Origin: Rubripirellula sp.
Lineage (GTDB): Bacteria; Planctomycetota; Planctomycetia; Pirellulales; Pirellulaceae
NCBI GenBank assembly: GCA_965216875.1
Contig: OZ244207.1
Location: 2,240,001-2,304,000, forward strand
Direction of reading: 5' to 3'
Length of the DNA: 64,000 bases
Notes under the pieces: model-generated
The model's input: only the letters and a program-made list of their open reading frames with translations
What the model was told of the DNA's origin: nothing
Databases searched by the model: none
In this document: in pieces, positions 59,193 through 64,000 of the stretch
How the letters are laid out: each line of letters starts with the position of its first letter
Numbering within the stretch: the stretch's first letter is position 1
Position numbers and translations under genes: made by a program

Positions 59193-59441
59193 TCAACTCA
59201 TCGCGATCGCAACCACGGCCAATCCGATCCGGCCGAGCATTCCGACGAGCAACATAAAGAACGGAATCCTCAGCTCGCCAAAATTCATGATTCCGTAGAT
59301 GAGCGAAACGGGCCAAAGAATCAAGCAGCCGACACCCCAGATTGCTTCGCCATCACTAAAGGCCGTGACGACGATCCAGAGCCAACCGATGGCTCCAACA
59401 ATCATGAAGGTGATGATCAAGAAGCCGATCAAAGTGTCCAT
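59193..59441 (-). CDS. Small integral membrane protein
   Basis: 82 aa, mostly hydrophobic, WLWIVVTAFSDGEAIWGVGCL; AAGG upstream. Confidence 0.7.
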   Translation of the reverse strand: MDTLIGFLIITFMIVGAIGWLWIVVTAFSDGEAIWGVGCLILWPVSLIYGIMNFGELRIPFFMLLVGMLGRIGLAVVAIAMS

Positions 59442-59541
59442 GCGAATACCTTTCTTGATGGTGGCTGACTAAGAACGCTACCAGTCTAAGCGAACCGAAT
59501 CGCTGGTGCGAATCTTCGCCCGCCTATTGCGAACGGGTTTA

Positions 59542-60006
59542 TCACTTCTTCACATGTCGGCGCAACAAGGAGATCTGACCGAGGTGGTAATAGCAGTGTT
59601 CAATCGGTCCGACGAGGCAACGGTAATACGTCCCGTTCTTTGACTCGACGAAATCCTCTTGAAGTTGGCTCTCTGGCATCTGCTCGATCAACGATGCAAG
59701 TTCCTCGGCATCTGACCAAGTCTTGTCCAAGAGCGTCTCCCAATCGTCGGCATTTTCGATTCTCGCATGCTCAAAGCTCAGCGAGTCCTTCGCTTCGAGC
59801 GGTTCACCGTGGAAGACTTTGATGGTTGCATCGATGTAGTAATTCATGTGAAAGACGAGCGTCGCAATTGAGTGGTAGCCATCGATTTGCTGGATCGCTT
59901 GCTCCCAACGGAGATCCGCCACCTTCTCCTTCAGGCAGACGCCTGGCCAATTCGGGCCGAAATGAACAGCTCGAAGGTTTTTCGCAATGAATGAGGGTGA
60001 ATTCAT
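59542..60006 (-). CDS. DinB/YfiT-like four-helix protein
   Basis: HSIATLVFHM...IEHCYYHLGQI (three-His pattern). Confidence 0.85.
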   Translation of the reverse strand: MNSPSFIAKNLRAVHFGPNWPGVCLKEKVADLRWEQAIQQIDGYHSIATLVFHMNYYIDATIKVFHGEPLEAKDSLSFEHARIENADDWETLLDKTWSDAEELASLIEQMPESQLQEDFVESKNGTYYRCLVGPIEHCYYHLGQISLLRRHVKK

Positions 60007-60209
60007 ATCAACTCCACATCGTCAGCGGTTTGCGCTGAGCGGCGTTCTGGGATGGTCGACGCCTTCGCCGAGTCCACGCACGAACCTTACAGAATACTGT
60101 CTCAACAAGATCACTTGTGCCCAATAGACAGACGAACCCAAGCGATAGCGTTGTGTCTGATTGATCGAGTTTCGCTTCCCCGGTCGTCCGTTTCGAGCGA
60201 CACATCCTC

Positions 60210-60800
60210 ATGCAACCTGAATACCAAATCAGAGCCAACTACGACGCCAAGTCCATCGTGATCTACCAGGCCTACCGGCCGCAGATCGCCGATGCTGCAT
60301 TGGAACACCAGCGTTTCGTGGCGCCGTTCTCGCTCAAACGCATGACATGGATCAAGCCGTCATTTCTTTGGCTAATGTATCGCAGTCGCTGGGGCCAGAA
60401 ATCGGGCCAACGACGCACACTTGCCGTGCGGATTGCTCGGTCAGGTTGGGAAAAGGCGCTCTCACTGGGCGTGCTGACGCATCCAGAGCCATCCGTCTAC
60501 AGCAACGGCACGAAATGGCAGACTGAGTTCGAGACGGCAGCAGTGCACGTTCAATGGGACACCGAACGATCGCTGCGCGGTGCAGCCTTGAACCATTACA
60601 GCATCCAAGTGGGAATCTCGCGAAACTTGATTCACGAGTACGTGAACGACTGGACACAAGAAATCACCGACATAACGCCGCTGGTAACCAAGATCCGTCG
60701 ATGCATTCGATCCGGCAACGTTGCCAATGCGCGTCGGCTCTTGCCAACCGAACGGGTCTACCCGGTAGACCAAAAGGTCGGAGAGCGAATCCTACTTTGA
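60210..60800 (+). CDS. DUF4291 domain protein
   Basis: [44 protein letters not shown]. Confidence 0.88.
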   Translation: MQPEYQIRANYDAKSIVIYQAYRPQIADAALEHQRFVAPFSLKRMTWIKPSFLWLMYRSRWGQKSGQRRTLAVRIARSGWEKALSLGVLTHPEPSVYSNGTKWQTEFETAAVHVQWDTERSLRGAALNHYSIQVGISRNLIHEYVNDWTQEITDITPLVTKIRRCIRSGNVANARRLLPTERVYPVDQKVGERILL

Positions 60801-60921
60801 TCCATTTCAATCAACATGATGCGACGCTTCGGAGCGAGAGATGCCCAATCAGGATGGCGGCGATTCGTCGCTGAGCTCTCGCCCGATGCTGCATCGTGTC
60901 GTGCGCACTCTTGCGTTTAGG

Positions 60922-60949
60922 ACGCTCCTTTCGCGGAGCGAAAGACGAC
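60922..60949. repeat. REP-like element, family D (reverse copy)
   Basis: Reverse complement GTCGTCTTTCGCTCCGCGAAAGGAGCGT, two mismatches to 45838-45865. Confidence 0.75.
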
Positions 60950-60963
60950 CCTCCAGTGGCAAC

Positions 60964-60995
60964 AAAAAAGCGTCCCCAAGCGAACTTGGGGACGC
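60964..60995 (-). terminator. Intrinsic terminator of the sigma-70 gene
   Basis: Minus strand GCGTCCCCAAG-TTCG-CTTGGGGACGC-TTTTTT, about 35 nt after the stop. Confidence 0.88.
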
Positions 60996-61029
60996 AAACG
61001 ATGGTTGGTCGGGTTTCGCTGGCCGCAGG

Positions 61030-62616
61030 CTAGAGTGCCTCGCTTCCTTCCATGACGGCCAATTCGGCACCATCAAGGAAGCTGACCAGCGACTTGGCTC
61101 GGTAAGGTTGCTGCAGCTTTCGAACTGCTTTGCTTTCGATCTGTCGGACACGTTCGCGAGTGACTTGGAAAATCCGGCCAACTTCTTCGAGCGTGTAGGT
61201 GTAGCCGTCAGCCAAACCGTAGCGGAGTCGCAAGATTTCGCGTTCGCGATAGTTCAGCGTTTCCATGGCCAAATCGATCTGAGCCTTGAGGGCCTCGCGA
61301 TTGGTTTCCATCAATGGATCGTCGTCGCGATGGTCTTCGAGGAATTCACCAAAGACGCTGTCTTCGTGATCGCCGATCGGCTGATCAAGCGACAACGGTT
61401 GGCGGCTCATCTTCAAGATCACGCGTGTGTCTTCGAGTGACAAGCCACTTCGCTGGCAAACTTCTTCGGCGGTGGGTTCGCGGCCATTCTCTTGAACCAG
61501 GTCACGAGTGATCTGACGAATCTTGTTCATCGTGTCGATCATGTGAACCGGTACGCGGATGGTACGGCTTTGATCAGCAATGGCGCGGGTGATCGCTTGG
61601 CGAATCCACCAGGTTGCATAGGTGCTGAACTTGTACCCACGAGCGTGCTCGAACTTGTCGACCGCTCGCATCAAGCCAGTGTTACCCTCTTGGATCAAAT
61701 CGAGGAACGACAGACCCCGGTTGCGATACTTCTTGGCGATCGAAACGACCAATCGCAAGTTACCGGCCGACAAAACACGTTTCGCTGCATCGTAGTCGTC
61801 GCGATAAGCGTCGCACTTGGAAACCCGGCGAGCAAGCGTCGCAGGCGATTCGTAGGTCAATCGCATCAAGTAGCGAAGTTCGCTTTTGAGTTCAGCCTGG
61901 GTTGGCATCCCTGGCATCTCAAGAGCTTCGGGATTGTTGAGCAACCCTTGGATCTCGATCATTCGCTCCGACGCTCGTCGAACTTTTTCGAAGATCGGCT
62001 GCAGCTTGCCGGTACGCAAATTCATTTCTTCGACCAGGCGAACGGCCTTGTTGCGTCGAACCACAAGGTTACGCCATGCGGCACGTCGTTGACGCATGGG
62101 CAACTTTTTGTCGACAGCGGTCATGAAGTCTGCGCGATTCTGGCTCAGCAAGAACTGAAGCGTTCGCACGTTGGGAACGATTCGCTTCATGATCGCCTTC
62201 TTCTCGGCAGCGTTGGTCACGCTCACTTCGATCGTGCGGTCAAGGCGAAGTGTTTTGTCGCGAACCTGCTCGAGCAGTTTCAAAGCGTTCTGCAGCATGA
62301 AGTCGGTCGCCAACATCCACTGGCGATAGCGATCGCGTGCCTTTTCGATCTGCTTGGCTGCGGCGACTTCCTGTTCGCGGGTCAGCAAAGGGATCTGGCC
62401 CATCTGCATCAGGTACATGCGAACCGGATCTTCGGTCGGGTCGGCGTCCGACTCTTCTCGGCGTCGCGTGCGATCGGATTCTTCTTCGCTGTATCGCTCT
62501 TCGTCGTCCTGGGCGTCGGCGAACTCCTGCCCCATCACACGTGAGCGGCGGGACACCGATTCCTCGGCAGAAAAGGCGTCATCTTGTAGACTGCGGCGGC
62601 TGAACTTCTTTCCCAT
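61030..62616 (-). CDS. RNA polymerase sigma-70 factor, RpoD/SigA-like
   Basis: [21 protein letters not shown] (region 1.2); [46 protein letters not shown] (region 2); [23 protein letters not shown] (region 4.2). Start 62616 or 62715. Confidence 0.93.
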   Translation of the reverse strand: MGKKFSRRSLQDDAFSAEESVSRRSRVMGQEFADAQDDEERYSEEESDRTRRREESDADPTEDPVRMYLMQMGQIPLLTREQEVAAAKQIEKARDRYRQWMLATDFMLQNALKLLEQVRDKTLRLDRTIEVSVTNAAEKKAIMKRIVPNVRTLQFLLSQNRADFMTAVDKKLPMRQRRAAWRNLVVRRNKAVRLVEEMNLRTGKLQPIFEKVRRASERMIEIQGLLNNPEALEMPGMPTQAELKSELRYLMRLTYESPATLARRVSKCDAYRDDYDAAKRVLSAGNLRLVVSIAKKYRNRGLSFLDLIQEGNTGLMRAVDKFEHARGYKFSTYATWWIRQAITRAIADQSRTIRVPVHMIDTMNKIRQITRDLVQENGREPTAEEVCQRSGLSLEDTRVILKMSRQPLSLDQPIGDHEDSVFGEFLEDHRDDDPLMETNREALKAQIDLAMETLNYREREILRLRYGLADGYTYTLEEVGRIFQVTRERVRQIESKAVRKLQQPYRAKSLVSFLDGAELAVMEGSEAL

Positions 62617-63175
62617 CAACGTCTCCTCGAAACCCGTTTCTGAACCATCGTTTAGGTTCGGGAGAGACAGAGCAGGCCCAGTGCCGGAATCGCATCCGGC
62701 CAGTGCGTAAATCATGGCAAACTGTTGTGAGAGAATAGGTTGCGTGAAAAGTGACCGATTTTTTGGCCGCCGCAATGTTGACGAAAAACGACACCAGGGC
62801 GTTGATTCAACGCAACATGTGTCGCCTTCACGACTCGATAGAAACCGGCCCAGAAAAGTCCGGTTCCCCCCGGCGGCCGTCTCGGTGCCAAAAGGTAGGT
62901 TACGGAAATGACCGACAGCTTCGGGTTGCCAAAACTTTCTCGCAGAAACTTTGCCTCGGCGCGGTTTCAAAGCCGCGTTCTCTGCGGCAATCTGAACGCC
63001 ACTACACGCATTGTCTCACGGGTTTTAAACTTACGTCCTTGCAGATCAGGGCGGACCATGGATCTGCGGTTGCAGGTCGACTGGGCTGCGATACCTCTCG
63101 ATCAACGGAGTTTGTTGGTTTGGAGTCAGCGGTGTTTACTCGATTGTGTCTTTCCGGTCGCACGGTTGGTCACAA

Positions 63176-63217
63176 GGATCCCCGCGTGAGCGAACGGATC
63201 CCCGCGTGAGCGAACGG
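63176..63217. repeat. Perfect 20-bp tandem duplication (GGATCCCCGCGTGAGCGAAC x2)
   Basis: Units at 63176-63195 and 63196-63215, followed by GG. Confidence 0.9.
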
Positions 63218-63260
63218 TTTTCGCTCTGCTGACGTTGCGTCAGATGCAATTCAGGTCCGT

Positions 63261-63292
63261 TTTGTTCCATCAAACAGCTAAGATGGAACAAA
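63261..63292. promoter_or_regulatory. 11-bp inverted repeat upstream of glnE (operator or hairpin)
   Basis: TTTGTTCCATC-N10-GATGGAACAAA. Confidence 0.45.
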
Positions 63293-63342
63293 GTGGTCAC
63301 GCGTTTGGCAGAATCAATCGGATTACAAAGAACTCGAAAAAC

Positions 63343-64000
63343 ATGGACGCCAAACCCGCTGACACCGCCGACGACAACTCATTTGGGTGGATCGATGGTG
63401 CGCGGTTCCGCGACGTCGAATCCGCCAAAAACCATCTTCGCTCCATTTGGACCAGCGGCGCGACCGCGGACCTTCTTGAGAACTTGAAACACCGCCTGGT
63501 TGGTGAATTCGATCAGCTGGTCGATCTGGACGCCGCGGTTGCAAATTTGGCCCGATTCATCCAGGCCGGAAGAAACCCAACATCGCTGCTCGCCCTCTTT
63601 GAACGTGACGAAGGTGCACTGTCGGCCCTGCTGCAGGTATTTGCGACCAGTCAAACGATCGCCAACCGCCTGATCGCCGACCCCGACAGTTTCGATCTCC
63701 TGCGTGCCAGCGACGGCCAGCCTGCTCAACGCAAATTCCTGGTTGATGAATTGGTCGCCACGCTCTCGCGCGTCGACCGTGCTGGCCGAGCCGCGCTGGC
63801 AATCCGAAAGTTCGTGTCTCAGGAAATGGTGCGCATTGCCTACGCCGAGTTCGTCCGCGGCATGTCACCCGAGAAAGTGGGCCGTCAACTCGCGTACGTC
63901 GCCGATGCAGTGGTGGAAGCGAGCCTCCAGTTTGCAACCGAAAGACTCGTCGAGCGTCGCGAGTACCCTCGCATGAGTGACGGATCGCATCCCACGGTGA
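63343..64000 (+). CDS. glnE: Glutamine synthetase adenylyltransferase-like protein, 5' part (runs off the window)
   Basis: Manual translation from ATG 63343: LARFIQAGRNPTSLLALFERD..LLQVFATSQTIANRLIADP..IRKFVSQEMVRIAYAE..LAYVADAVVEASL. The catalytic GK(L/W)GG motif is not reached in the window. Confidence 0.75.
   Translation, partial: MDAKPADTADDNSFGWIDGARFRDVESAKNHLRSIWTSGATADLLENLKHRLVGEFDQLVDLDAAVANLARFIQAGRNPTSLLALFERDEGALSALLQVFATSQTIANRLIADPDSFDLLRASDGQPAQRKFLVDELVATLSRVDRAGRAALAIRKFVSQEMVRIAYAEFVRGMSPEKVGRQLAYVADAVVEASLQFATERLVERREYPRMSDGSHPTV

Noticed and set aside
61492..62544. 350-aa plus-strand ORF (likewise 46148-47170, 28297-29241, 57844-58590)
   Set aside because: Antisense to well-supported genes; no independent coding evidence.

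Overview
64 kb of GC-rich bacterial chromosome, almost certainly a planctomycete of the Pirellulaceae type. This rests on DUF1553/DUF1501, DUF1559 and TIGR02996 proteins, the planctomycete 'LExRxxLA' export motif and two sulfatases. Core genes are polA, rnpB (RNase P RNA), an RpoD-like sigma-70, the 5' end of glnE, and a ROK kinase followed by nagB. Accessory genes cover glycan, sulfate and phosphate scavenging. At least five short palindromic REP-like repeat families lie between genes. I found no IS, prophage, CRISPR array, rRNA or tRNA by eye. The most notable locus is 8.5-18.1 kb: an exported protein with 10 CxxCH motifs fused to an LVIVD beta-propeller, an adjacent predicted outer-membrane beta-barrel, and a divergent exported dockerin protein with two GlcG/HbpS-like domains. 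Together these are a candidate uncharacterised cell-envelope heme/redox system. Second is a cytoplasmic phosphorelay (multi-PAS hybrid kinase, Hpt, then a REC + degenerate sigma54-AAA + intact Ser/Thr kinase fusion). All family assignments come from motif recognition by eye; no database searches were run.
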